In this document: one piece after another, positions 7,990 to 16,271 of the stretch
How positions within the stretch are numbered: position 1 is the first letter of the stretch
Layout of the letters: each line of letters opens with the position of its first letter
Assembly: GCA_029240935.1 (NCBI GenBank)
Contig: JARDZI010000001.1
Coordinates: 1-45,882 of the forward strand
Direction: 5' to 3'
Origin: Clostridiales bacterium
GTDB taxonomy: Bacteria > Bacillota > Clostridia > Clostridiales > Caloramatoraceae
Length of the DNA: 45,882 bases
The notes under the pieces: generated by a model
What the model saw: only the letters and a program-made list of their open reading frames with translations
The model's database searches: none
Told to the model about the DNA's origin: nothing
Translations under genes and position numbers: made by a program

Positions 7990-8907
7990 TTGAGCAAACA
8001 TAGTCATTCCAATGAATGCCATAGCACCGAAGATACTGATAGGAAGCTTGTAGTATTAGATGATGAATTGTTTTCTAATGACAACAATGAAAAATTGAGT
8101 AAAAAGAATATAAAAGAATCCAAAGGCTTAATATCCTCCCAAGTCATTCAAGAATGCCACAGTTCGTTAATAGAGCCTGATGGAAGCAATGGATTTTTTG
8201 TTGCCAATATCCCAGTTGTAATATCTGAATTCGAAGTGGAAATTAATTGTGAGATAACAATAGAGCTTGACTATCCAGGCATTGAAATAAAGAGGGTTAA
8301 AAAAAATGTATTTATTACCCAATGTAGATTGCTTCCTAAACCAAAAAAGTTATTCCTTAAGGGGTTTGTAAGAAAAAACATTGAGTATGCTGCTATAAAC
8401 CCCCATGATTCCAAGGGTGGAAATAGTATAAGACATATGACATTTGAGGTTCCATTTGTTTGTACTACTGAGATTGATTATTTCATTCCCCCAATAATAA
8501 ATAAAAGTTGCAGCAAGGACATAGAAATTTATAAATCTGAGTCCTGTGAATCCAATATCTATGAAAAAAGCAATGAAAGTTATGAATACTTTAATGAAAA
8601 AATTTATTGTAAGACTGTAATGGCAAGAATCGCAGATATTGATATTATTGAGAAAAGTGATAAAGAAAGTTATAAAGAAAGTTATAAAGAAAGTTATAAA
8701 GAAAGTTATAAAGAAAGTGAAACCATGGATTATAAAGTATTTAAATCTCTGGATGAGAAAATAACCCTAATACTGAGGTTAAAGCTGCTACAGAATCAGG
8801 ATGTAAACATATATCCTAAATTAAAAAAACCTTGTAAAAAAAAGAACTCTGAAAGTTATTCAGAGGGACGGGAAGTTGTTTCTTCTTCACCTAATGGGGA
8901 AAATTAA
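7990..8907 (+). CDS. Paralogous coat-like protein with (KESY)n tandem repeat
   Basis: TTG start 8 nt after AGGAGG. Core YPGIEIKRVKKNVFITQCRLLPKPKKLFLKGFVRKNIEYA is about 50% identical by eye to the 7049 product. It also shares EYFNEK and LKLLQ motifs and contains DKESYKESYKESYKESYKESE. Confidence 0.4.
   Translation: MSKHSHSNECHSTEDTDRKLVVLDDELFSNDNNEKLSKKNIKESKGLISSQVIQECHSSLIEPDGSNGFFVANIPVVISEFEVEINCEITIELDYPGIEIKRVKKNVFITQCRLLPKPKKLFLKGFVRKNIEYAAINPHDSKGGNSIRHMTFEVPFVCTTEIDYFIPPIINKSCSKDIEIYKSESCESNIYEKSNESYEYFNEKIYCKTVMARIADIDIIEKSDKESYKESYKESYKESYKESETMDYKVFKSLDEKITLILRLKLLQNQDVNIYPKLKKPCKKKNSESYSEGREVVSSSPNGEN
8662..8718 (+). repeat. Perfect in-frame 12-nt tandem repeat (AAAGAAAGTTAT x4 plus a partial fifth) encoding (KESY)n
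   Basis: Units at 8662-8673, 8674-8685, 8686-8697 and 8698-8709 are identical. A fifth copy diverges after 9 nt. Confidence 0.95.
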
Positions 8908-8949
8908 CCGTAGAAAAATCTATGGTTAATTTGTTATTCTTCTGTTAAT

Positions 8950-9080
8950 ATGAAACTCCCCAAATTCAGCCTACTTGTAGGGGCGAACAGTGTTCGCCCG
9001 ATTTGGGCATAGTTAATTAAAGGCTGATCCGGATTGTTGGTACACCACGGGCGAACACTGTTCGCCCCTACAAGTTTCAT
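8950..9080. repeat. Family-B structured repeat, copy 2
   Basis: Same element as 3704-3833 in the same orientation. Lies between the second coat-like gene and the MCP gene, directly abutting a family-A half unit. Confidence 0.85.
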
Positions 9081-9090
9081 TCTTGTAGTT

Positions 9091-9118
9091 AATAAGTAAT
9101 AAGTCATATGGCTGCCAT
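9091..9118. repeat. Family-A unit, single arm (AATAAGTAATAAGTCATATGGCTGCCA)
   Basis: Exact reverse complement of 10958-10984. Same arm as the right halves of the hairpins at 27047-27065, 29247-29265 and 30853-30880. Confidence 0.85.
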
Positions 9119-9121
9119 TCT

Positions 9122-9949
9122 TTATAGCTCATCTGCCAGCTTTCCTAGGAGCCTTGCGGTAGAATTTAGCTGTTCAATGGATGAAGCTATTTCTTGCAAA
9201 GCTTTTGATTGCTCGTTTGATATACCATCAGCATCAACTACTTTATCGTTAATTTTTTTTATTGATGTTGAAATATTTTTGATAACATTTTCTATTTTGC
9301 TAATTGATTCGTTCGAAGAATTAGATAGCTTTCTAATTTCCTGTGCAACAACATTAAAACCTCTTCCAGCTTCCCCTGCTCTTGCTGCTTCAATAGATGC
9401 ATTTAAGCCTAAAAGGTTTGTTTGAGAGGATACTCCTTTTATAAAATTTACAATATCATCTGTGTCATTAGCCATATTATTAGCAGTATTTGCTTCACCA
9501 AGTATTTCATTATTCCTACGGGCTAATTCTTGAACCCCAGAGGAAATCTGATTTATTACTGTTTCTATGTGTGACAATGCTGTTATTAACTTATCTGTAA
9601 TATTGGTTACAGCGTTCTTTTTTGAAAGACTTTTGCCAATAGCTATTGAGCCCACAACTGTTTGTCCATCTTTTATTGGAATCATATATGATTTAAAGGC
9701 TACCCCCATAAAGTCCTCAGGAAGAACCTTTACTTGAATATCCCCTAGTTCCATTGCCTCTTTTACAAATTCTCCTGCTGGGGAGCCTACTTGCCTTTTC
9801 CCATTTATTTCTTTACTACCCTGATAATATAATACTTTTTCCTTATCAGTTAGCATTATTTCAATGTCATTATCAAAAAAAGTATCAATGTAAGGAATTG
9901 CATTACAAACGCTTTTTAATATATCATTTCCAAAATCCTTTTCCACCAT
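9122..9949 (-). CDS. Soluble methyl-accepting chemotaxis (MCP) signalling-domain protein, short form
   Basis: Hairpin-tip motif [36 protein letters not shown]. No predicted TM segment. About 120-aa N-terminal sensor-like domain. RBS GGGAGGA. Confidence 0.75.
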   Translation of the reverse strand: MVEKDFGNDILKSVCNAIPYIDTFFDNDIEIMLTDKEKVLYYQGSKEINGKRQVGSPAGEFVKEAMELGDIQVKVLPEDFMGVAFKSYMIPIKDGQTVVGSIAIGKSLSKKNAVTNITDKLITALSHIETVINQISSGVQELARRNNEILGEANTANNMANDTDDIVNFIKGVSSQTNLLGLNASIEAARAGEAGRGFNVVAQEIRKLSNSSNESISKIENVIKNISTSIKKINDKVVDADGISNEQSKALQEIASSIEQLNSTARLLGKLADEL

Positions 9950-10035
9950 TTATTCCTCCCTTTATATGATCTTTTTCTATATTAATTTATATTATACAAT
10001 AAAGATTCGAGAAAATAAACTTATAACTAAGGAAC

Positions 10036-10053
10036 AAGTCATATGGCTGCCAT
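10036..10053. repeat. Family-A unit, truncated single arm (AAGTCATATGGCTGCCAT)
   Basis: 18-nt identity to 9101-9118 in the same orientation. Lies between the MCP and GntR genes. Confidence 0.75.
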
Positions 10054-10126
10054 TAACAGTTACTAAAAAATAGTGTATAATTATCATACTTAGGTTTTAT
10101 AAAGTTTTCTATATTTGGGGGTACAT

Positions 10127-10819
10127 ATGTTTATACCGATTAAGAATACAAAAGTTTATGAGCAGGTTATTGAGCAAATAAAAAGAATGATAATGGATGG
10201 TACTTTGAAAAAGGGTGATAAACTGCCTACTGAAAGAGATCTTGCAGAGCAACTTCAGGTAAGCAGAGCATCAGTTAGGGAAGCACTTACAGCACTTGAT
10301 GTAATCGGATTGGTGGAAAGTAGACATGGTGCTGGAAACTATATAAGAGAGAACTTTGAAAACAGTCTTTTTGAACCTATGTCCATGATGTTTTTACTTG
10401 AGAAGGGAACTCCATTGGAAATACTTGAATTGAGACAGGTGCTTGAGGTGGAAGCGGCAGTTTTGGCAGCAGCAAGAATTAATGATGATGAGGTCCAGAC
10501 TCTTGGAGAGGTAGTCCATGAAATGAAAACCTGCACTGATGAGGACAGGAGTGTAGTCCTTGATAAGGAGTTTCATTTTTCTATTGCTAAAGCCTCCAAA
10601 AACCTGCTTATTATAAATATACTTCAAGTAATTTCACAGCTTATTGATGAATTCATAAAGGATTCTAGAAAGAAGATACTGATGGTTAAGGATAATAGGG
10701 TCAAGTTAACAAAGCAGCATGAAAGGCTTTATAATGCTCTTAAAAACAGAGACCGGGATGAAGCTCGAAAAGCCATGGCTGCTCATTTCAAGCTTGTAGA
10801 AGAATATATAAATGAATAG
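10127..10819 (+). CDS. GntR/FadR-family transcriptional regulator (HTH + FCD domain), lctA/LldR-like
   Basis: Motif KGDKLPTERDLAEQLQVSRASVREAL is a GntR winged HTH, followed by an all-helical FCD-type C-terminus. Start moved to ATG 10127 (GGGGG 6 nt upstream) instead of TTG 10115. It sits directly upstream of the etfBA-LDH genes. Confidence 0.8.
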   Translation: MFIPIKNTKVYEQVIEQIKRMIMDGTLKKGDKLPTERDLAEQLQVSRASVREALTALDVIGLVESRHGAGNYIRENFENSLFEPMSMMFLLEKGTPLEILELRQVLEVEAAVLAAARINDDEVQTLGEVVHEMKTCTDEDRSVVLDKEFHFSIAKASKNLLIINILQVISQLIDEFIKDSRKKILMVKDNRVKLTKQHERLYNALKNRDRDEARKAMAAHFKLVEEYINE

Positions 10820-10837
10820 GAATAATAATAATAATTA

Positions 10838-10864
10838 GGATGGAGAATTGACTCCATCTTTTTT
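10838..10864 (+). terminator. Intrinsic terminator after the GntR-family gene
   Basis: GGATGGAG-AATTGA-CTCCATC followed by TTTTTT. Confidence 0.7.
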
Positions 10865-10957
10865 ATTGACAATAAAATAACTATTGTAGAAACTTTCAAG
10901 CAATTATGATACTATGATGTTGAAAATAAATTGGTCATGCCACCTTACCAAAAATAT

Positions 10958-10984
10958 TGGCAGCCATATGACTTATTACTTATT
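10958..10984. repeat. Family-A unit, single arm in inverse orientation (TGGCAGCCATATGACTTATTACTTATT)
   Basis: Perfect 27-nt reverse complement of 9091-9117. Lies between the GntR terminator and etfB. Confidence 0.85.
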
Positions 10985-11022
10985 TAACATAAGTCTAAAT
11001 ATAAATTCTGGAGGGAAGAAAT

Positions 11023-11811
11023 ATGGATATATTGGTATGTATTAAACAGGTACCTGGAACAACAAAGGTTGAGGTTGATCCGATTACGGGAGTATTGAAA
11101 AGGGACGGAGTAGATTCTAAAATGAATCCCTATGACCTTTATGCACTTGAGACTGCTCTCAGGATAAATGAGAAGGTGGGAGGAGCAATAAAGGTAATAA
11201 GCATGGGACCTCCACAGGCTAAGGAGGTTATAAAAGAAGCCTTTACCATGGGTGCCCAGGAAGGAATGCTTTTAACCGACAGAAAGTTTGGAGGCGCTGA
11301 CGTGCTGGCCACTTCCTATACACTCTCACAGGGAGTAAAAAGGATGGGAAATGTGGATCTTATAATATGTGGAAAGCAAACTACTGATGGAGATACTGCA
11401 CAGGTTGGACCAGAAATGGCCGAATACCTTGGAATTCCCCATATAGCCAATGTGAGGAAGATTGTTGAGCTTAGATCTGATTCAATAGTGGTTGAAATGG
11501 ATATGCCCAACACTATTGAAGTTGCAGAGGTTAAGTTTCCTTGTCTTATAACTGTTGAAAAGGATATTTTCCAGCCAAGGCTGCCTTCCTATAGAAGAAA
11601 GCTTGCAACCATGGATAAGGAAATAAAAGTAATAGGCTTAAAGGACCTTGAAGATCAGAATGAAAAAAGATATGGCCTTAATGGTTCACCAACTCAGGTT
11701 GAAAGGATATTCCCACCTGCAGTAAACACAGATAGAGAGATGTGGAATGGAACCTCTGAGGATTTGAGTATAAAGATTGCTGGCAAGCTTAAAGTCTTAA
11801 AGTTTATATAA
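11023..11811 (+). CDS. etfB: Electron transfer flavoprotein beta subunit
   Basis: [13 protein letters not shown]... is the canonical EtfB N-terminus. Also [28 protein letters not shown]. Confidence 0.9.
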   Translation: MDILVCIKQVPGTTKVEVDPITGVLKRDGVDSKMNPYDLYALETALRINEKVGGAIKVISMGPPQAKEVIKEAFTMGAQEGMLLTDRKFGGADVLATSYTLSQGVKRMGNVDLIICGKQTTDGDTAQVGPEMAEYLGIPHIANVRKIVELRSDSIVVEMDMPNTIEVAEVKFPCLITVEKDIFQPRLPSYRRKLATMDKEIKVIGLKDLEDQNEKRYGLNGSPTQVERIFPPAVNTDREMWNGTSEDLSIKIAGKLKVLKFI

Positions 11812-11823
11812 GGAGGGGTTGTC

Positions 11824-13014
11824 ATGGCTAAACTGGTAGTAAATCAGGATAAAATAACTAATATAGATGAACTAATTAAAATCTGTCCCTTTGGAGCTAT
11901 GGAGAACAAAGGGGGCAAGCTTGAGATAAATGCAGGCTGTAAAATGTGCAAGCTCTGTGTGAGAAAGGGTCCTCAAGGAGCTGTAGAATATGTTGAAGAT
12001 AATGTAGAAGAAATAGACAAGAGCCTTTGGAGAGGTGTTGCTGTATATGTTGATCATGTTGAAGGTGAAATACATCCAGTAACACTTGAACTTATAGGAA
12101 AGGCAAGGGAGCTTGCTGAAAAGGTAAACCAACCTGTATACTGTGTATTTATGGGATATGCTATAAAGGACAAGGCAAAAGAACTTCTTCACTATGGCGT
12201 GGATGAGGTATTTGTGTATGATTATGAGGAGCTGAAGGATTTTAGAATAGAGCCATACACAGCAGTATTTGAGGATTTTATTAACAGGTCAAAGCCAACT
12301 GCAGTCCTTGTTGGAGCTACAACAATTGGAAGATCCCTTGCACCAAGGGTTGCCGCAAGGTTTAGAACAGGTCTTACTGCAGATTGTACAATACTTGATA
12401 TGAAGGAAAATACGGATTTGATTCAGATAAGACCTGCCTTTGGGGGAAACATTATGGCTCAGATTATTAATCCGAACCATAGACCTCAGATGGCAACAGT
12501 AAGGTACAAGGTTATGTCAGCACCAAAGAGAAATGCAGAGGCTTCGGGCAGTATATCATCCTGTGAAATAAGTAAGGAAAAGCTTTTCTCAAACATTAAT
12601 GTTCTAAGTGTAGTTCCAAAGGAAAAGGAAAAGGGAATATCCGATGCAGAAGTTATAGTAGCAGTAGGAAGAGGATTGAAGTCTGAAAAAGATATGGCAA
12701 TGATTAAGGAACTGGCAGGGCTATTAGATGCAGAAATTGCTACAACAAGGCCTCTTATTGAAGGCGGCTGGGTTGATGCTAAAAGGCAGGTTGGTCTTAG
12801 TGGAAGAACAGTAAGACCCAAGCTTATCATAACCTGTGGAATTTCGGGAGCAGTACAGTTTACTGCAGGTATGAACAATTCTGATTATATTTTTGCAATA
12901 AACATTGATGAAAAGGCTCCAATATTCAAGGTTGCACACTATGGAGTTGTTGGGGACATATACGAAATAATACCTCAATTAATAGAGAAAATAAAGTTGG
13001 CAAGGGAGGCTTAG
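11824..13014 (+). CDS. etfA: Electron transfer flavoprotein alpha subunit with N-terminal [4Fe-4S] ferredoxin domain
   Basis: The CPFGAM...CKMCKLC cluster motif is followed by an EtfA core (LVGATTIGRSLAPRVAARF, AVGRGL, ITCGISGAVQFTAGM). This architecture matches LctC of bifurcating LDH/Etf complexes. Confidence 0.88.
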   Translation: MAKLVVNQDKITNIDELIKICPFGAMENKGGKLEINAGCKMCKLCVRKGPQGAVEYVEDNVEEIDKSLWRGVAVYVDHVEGEIHPVTLELIGKARELAEKVNQPVYCVFMGYAIKDKAKELLHYGVDEVFVYDYEELKDFRIEPYTAVFEDFINRSKPTAVLVGATTIGRSLAPRVAARFRTGLTADCTILDMKENTDLIQIRPAFGGNIMAQIINPNHRPQMATVRYKVMSAPKRNAEASGSISSCEISKEKLFSNINVLSVVPKEKEKGISDAEVIVAVGRGLKSEKDMAMIKELAGLLDAEIATTRPLIEGGWVDAKRQVGLSGRTVRPKLIITCGISGAVQFTAGMNNSDYIFAINIDEKAPIFKVAHYGVVGDIYEIIPQLIEKIKLAREA

Positions 13015-13017
13015 TTA

Positions 13018-14418
13018 ATGGGCTATAAAAAGGTTGATAAAAAGGATATTGAAAATATACTATCTCTGGTTGCAGATAAGGAAAGAGTTTTCCATGGGGA
13101 AAGCATCAACGAGGATTACAGCCATGATGAGCTTGGAACTGTAAAGCAAATGCCTGATATTGTAGTTCAGGTCCTAAGTACAGAAGAGGTTTCAGCTGTA
13201 ATGAAATATGCTTATGAAAATAATATTCCCCTAACTCCAAGGGGTTCAGGTACAGGCCTTGTTGGAGCAGCAGTTCCAATCTACGGTGGAATAATTATTG
13301 ATTTAAGCAAAATGAACAAAATACTTGAGCTTGATGAGGAAAACCTTACTTTAACAGTAGAGCCTGGGGTACTTCTTATGGAAATATCTAAGTTTGTAGA
13401 AGCTCAGGAGCTTTTTTACCCACCAGATCCAGGTGAAAAGACTGCCACAATAGCAGGAAACATTAACACAAATGCAGGTGGTATGAGAGCAGTTAAATAT
13501 GGTGTTACAAGGGACTATGTAAGAGGACTGGAGCTTGTACTGCCAAACGGTGAAATTATGGAGGTTGGAGGAAAGGTAGTAAAAAACAGCTCTGGCTACA
13601 GCTTGAAGGATTTAATCGTTGGCTCAGAGGGAACACTGGCAATTGTTACAAAGGCTATACTGAGGCTTCTCCCACTGCCAAAGAAGGCAATAAGCCTGCT
13701 TATACCATTCCCTAACCTTGATGCAGCAATTGAAACTGTTCCCAAAATAATTAAATCAAAGTCAGTGCCAACAGCAATTGAATTCATGCAGAGGGCTGCA
13801 ATAGTTGCTGCTGAGGAATTTCTGGGAAAGAAATTCCCTGACAGCTCCGCAGATGCCTATCTTCTTCTAACCTTTGACGGAAACAACAGGGAAGAGGTAG
13901 AAAGAAACTATGAAAACGTTGCTAATATTTGTCTTGAAGCAGGAGCCCTTGATGTGTTAATTTCAGATACAGAGGAAAGGCAGGAATCCATATGGACTGC
14001 TAGGGGAGCCTTCCTGGAAGCTATAAAGGCTTCAACAACTGAAATGGAAGAGGTTGATGTTGTTGTTCCAAGAAATACAGTAGCTGAATTTGTTAAATTC
14101 ACACATGAACTTGAGGACAAGTTTGACATAAGAATAAGAAGCTTTGGACATGCTGGTGATGGAAACCTTCATATATATATTCTAAGGGACCAGCTGGATG
14201 AAACAACCTGGCACAGGAAGCTAAATGATACAATGGAATCTATGTACCAAAGGTCCAGGGAACTAAATGGACAGGTTTCAGGAGAACATGGAATAGGCTT
14301 TGCCAAGAAGCCCTATCTAAAAACTTCCCTCTCCAAGGAAACCATGGGAATTATGCAGGGTATAAAGCTAGTATTTGATCCTAAGAATATATTAAACCCA
14401 GGAAAGGTCTGCCAATAG
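13018..14418 (+). CDS. lctD: FAD-linked oxidase (GlcD family), Etf-dependent lactate dehydrogenase-like
   Basis: FAD-binding PCMH motifs [14 protein letters not shown] and [18 protein letters not shown]-terminal GEHGIG, and NILNPGK at the end. It begins 4 nt after etfA. Confidence 0.8.
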   Translation: MGYKKVDKKDIENILSLVADKERVFHGESINEDYSHDELGTVKQMPDIVVQVLSTEEVSAVMKYAYENNIPLTPRGSGTGLVGAAVPIYGGIIIDLSKMNKILELDEENLTLTVEPGVLLMEISKFVEAQELFYPPDPGEKTATIAGNINTNAGGMRAVKYGVTRDYVRGLELVLPNGEIMEVGGKVVKNSSGYSLKDLIVGSEGTLAIVTKAILRLLPLPKKAISLLIPFPNLDAAIETVPKIIKSKSVPTAIEFMQRAAIVAAEEFLGKKFPDSSADAYLLLTFDGNNREEVERNYENVANICLEAGALDVLISDTEERQESIWTARGAFLEAIKASTTEMEEVDVVVPRNTVAEFVKFTHELEDKFDIRIRSFGHAGDGNLHIYILRDQLDETTWHRKLNDTMESMYQRSRELNGQVSGEHGIGFAKKPYLKTSLSKETMGIMQGIKLVFDPKNILNPGKVCQ

Positions 14419-14426
14419 GGGCCTAA

Positions 14427-14507
14427 GGGTGATTGCCACCACACAAGTCTCAAGTTGCATTACAACTTGTCTTGTGAAGTGGTTGTCACCCTTTTTTATT
14501 TTTTTAA
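14427..14507 (+). terminator. Long imperfect hairpin plus T-tract ending the etfBA-LDH operon
   Basis: GGGTGATTGCCACC...CAAGTTG / CAACTTG...GGTTGTCACCC followed by TTTTTTATTTTTTT. Confidence 0.7.
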
Positions 14508-14722
14508 AAGAATATTTAAACTTAAATTCAGGGAAACTCTAATTAAGGTTATTTTTCACCTAGTGAGAAAAAGAAATATTAAGTATAACCCAAAAAGAAT
14601 TTAATAAAACAATTGCTTTTGTAATATATGGATTGAAGCTTAAAAGAAGTTGCTACAGATATACAAATGTGGTAAGCGTAAAGATTAGTTAATTAGTATG
14701 CTGAAACATATGGAGGAACAAT

Positions 14723-15652
14723 ATGGAAAATGTAAAGAAGCTTGATAAATACGGCATCGAAAGTTTTGGCCGATTAAAGAAAGTAATGCTTCATAAGCCC
14801 TCAGAGACGCTGGACAGAGTTTTTCAGGATAACTTTAATATGTTTACAAATGGTATTCCTGATACAAACAAATATCTTGAGGAACATGATGAATACGAAA
14901 AGCTCCTTGTGAAGTACGGAGTAGAAGTACTGCACCTATGTGATTATATTCATGAAAATACTGAAATTATGAATAACCATCAAACGATTACCTGCTTACA
15001 TGATAGTTCAGTAATAACAAGTAAAGGAGCTATACTATCAAAAATGTGCCATCCTGGAAGACTGGGGGAGGAGATTGCTATAAAAGAGGCACTTACTAAT
15101 CTTGGAATACCAATATTCTTTGAGTTTTCTGGTGATGACAGGTTTGAGGGATGCCTTTTACTATCACCTCAGACAATTTTTATTGCAAATACTGAGCGCC
15201 ATACCAAGGAGTCAATTGAAAGATTTATACCTAGGGCACTTGAGTTGTTTGATGAAGTTATATATGTAGATGTTCCAAAGGAAAGACGTTTTATGCATCC
15301 AGATATGATTTATAACAGAATAAATCCAAACCTGTCCCTGGTATATTTGCCAGCAATCTTAAAGGCTTACCATATTACCAGGGAGGAAAGAACAGAAATC
15401 GATTTTGAAGGATTTATGAATTCCCGGGAAATAGAATTAATAAATATATCTGATGAAGAACAGAGGAGATGGGGCTGCAGCTTTGTTCCACTGGAACCTA
15501 ATACCTTTTTTCACTATGAACTTGCATTAAGTACTCAGACGAGAAAAAAGCTTGAGCAAAGGGGCGTTCAAATTATAGACTTTAATGCATCAAGTCTTTT
15601 CTTTGATGGAGGAAGCTTAAGGTGTCATACATTGAGATTGCTTAGAGAGTAG
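14723..15652 (+). CDS. Amidinotransferase/arginine-deiminase-fold (guanidino-group modifying) enzyme
   Basis: FEGCLLL...NTERHT, FMHPDMIY (MHxD-type His) and C-terminal GGSLRCHTL (catalytic Cys context) match the ADI/DDAH/amidinotransferase superfamily pattern. Substrate is not assignable. Confidence 0.6.
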   Translation: MENVKKLDKYGIESFGRLKKVMLHKPSETLDRVFQDNFNMFTNGIPDTNKYLEEHDEYEKLLVKYGVEVLHLCDYIHENTEIMNNHQTITCLHDSSVITSKGAILSKMCHPGRLGEEIAIKEALTNLGIPIFFEFSGDDRFEGCLLLSPQTIFIANTERHTKESIERFIPRALELFDEVIYVDVPKERRFMHPDMIYNRINPNLSLVYLPAILKAYHITREERTEIDFEGFMNSREIELINISDEEQRRWGCSFVPLEPNTFFHYELALSTQTRKKLEQRGVQIIDFNASSLFFDGGSLRCHTLRLLRE

Positions 15653-15676
15653 TGTGGTTGCCACACTACATTTGTA

Positions 15677-16051
15677 TTAGTCCTTCAAAAGTGCATTGGA
15701 TATTAACTTATCGAATTTACGGATATCCACACCCTTTTTCAAGTTGACCTTGATATGACCTGCTCTAGTCCACAACTCAACTTCTGCATTAAAATCAAGA
15801 AAACTCCCTGCGTTTTCAGTAGACCACATGTTTATAGAGGAATAGGGTAAGGAATAAATCTCTACCTTTTTACCTGTAAGACCCTGTGCGTCCCTTACTA
15901 TCAGTCTTTTATTAGTGAAAATCGCGCTGTCACGGATTGTCTTGTAGGCAGCAATTGCTACTTCCCCTGCTACCAATAAATCGTTGACATCGTTTGGAAT
16001 CGGGCATTCAGATATAAATGTCCATATCAGGATACCTTGTGTTTCTGGCAT
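15677..16051 (-). CDS. Bacterial PH-domain (YokE/bPH-like) protein
   Basis: 124 aa. FTNKRLIVRD...GKKVEIYSLPYSSI...EVELW pattern is typical of small bacterial pleckstrin-homology domain proteins. Good RBS. Confidence 0.55.
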   Translation of the reverse strand: MPETQGILIWTFISECPIPNDVNDLLVAGEVAIAAYKTIRDSAIFTNKRLIVRDAQGLTGKKVEIYSLPYSSINMWSTENAGSFLDFNAEVELWTRAGHIKVNLKKGVDIRKFDKLISNALLKD

Positions 16052-16132
16052 TTTATTTTCCTCCTATTCGGAAATTATTAACTACACATACTATTCTGTA
16101 TGAATTTTGGAAATCCTGCAAGGGTAACCCCG

Positions 16133-16196
16133 GGTGCCAGCCTCATCAGATATTAGATTTGCAAATCTGATCTGATGAGGCTGGTACCTATTTTTT
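16133..16196 (+). terminator. Very long hairpin with T-tract in the divergent region upstream of livJ (terminator-like; role unclear)
   Basis: GGTGCCAGCCTCATCAGAT...ATCTGATGAGGCTGGTACC has a nested perfect palindrome AGATTTGCAAATCT, followed by TATTTTTT. No plus-strand gene ends here. Confidence 0.35.
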
Positions 16197-16271
16197 AATG
16201 AATTAGAATATTTCAACTTAAATAATAATAAAATTAGTAAAACATATAAAAATAAAAGAGGAGGCAGAGTT

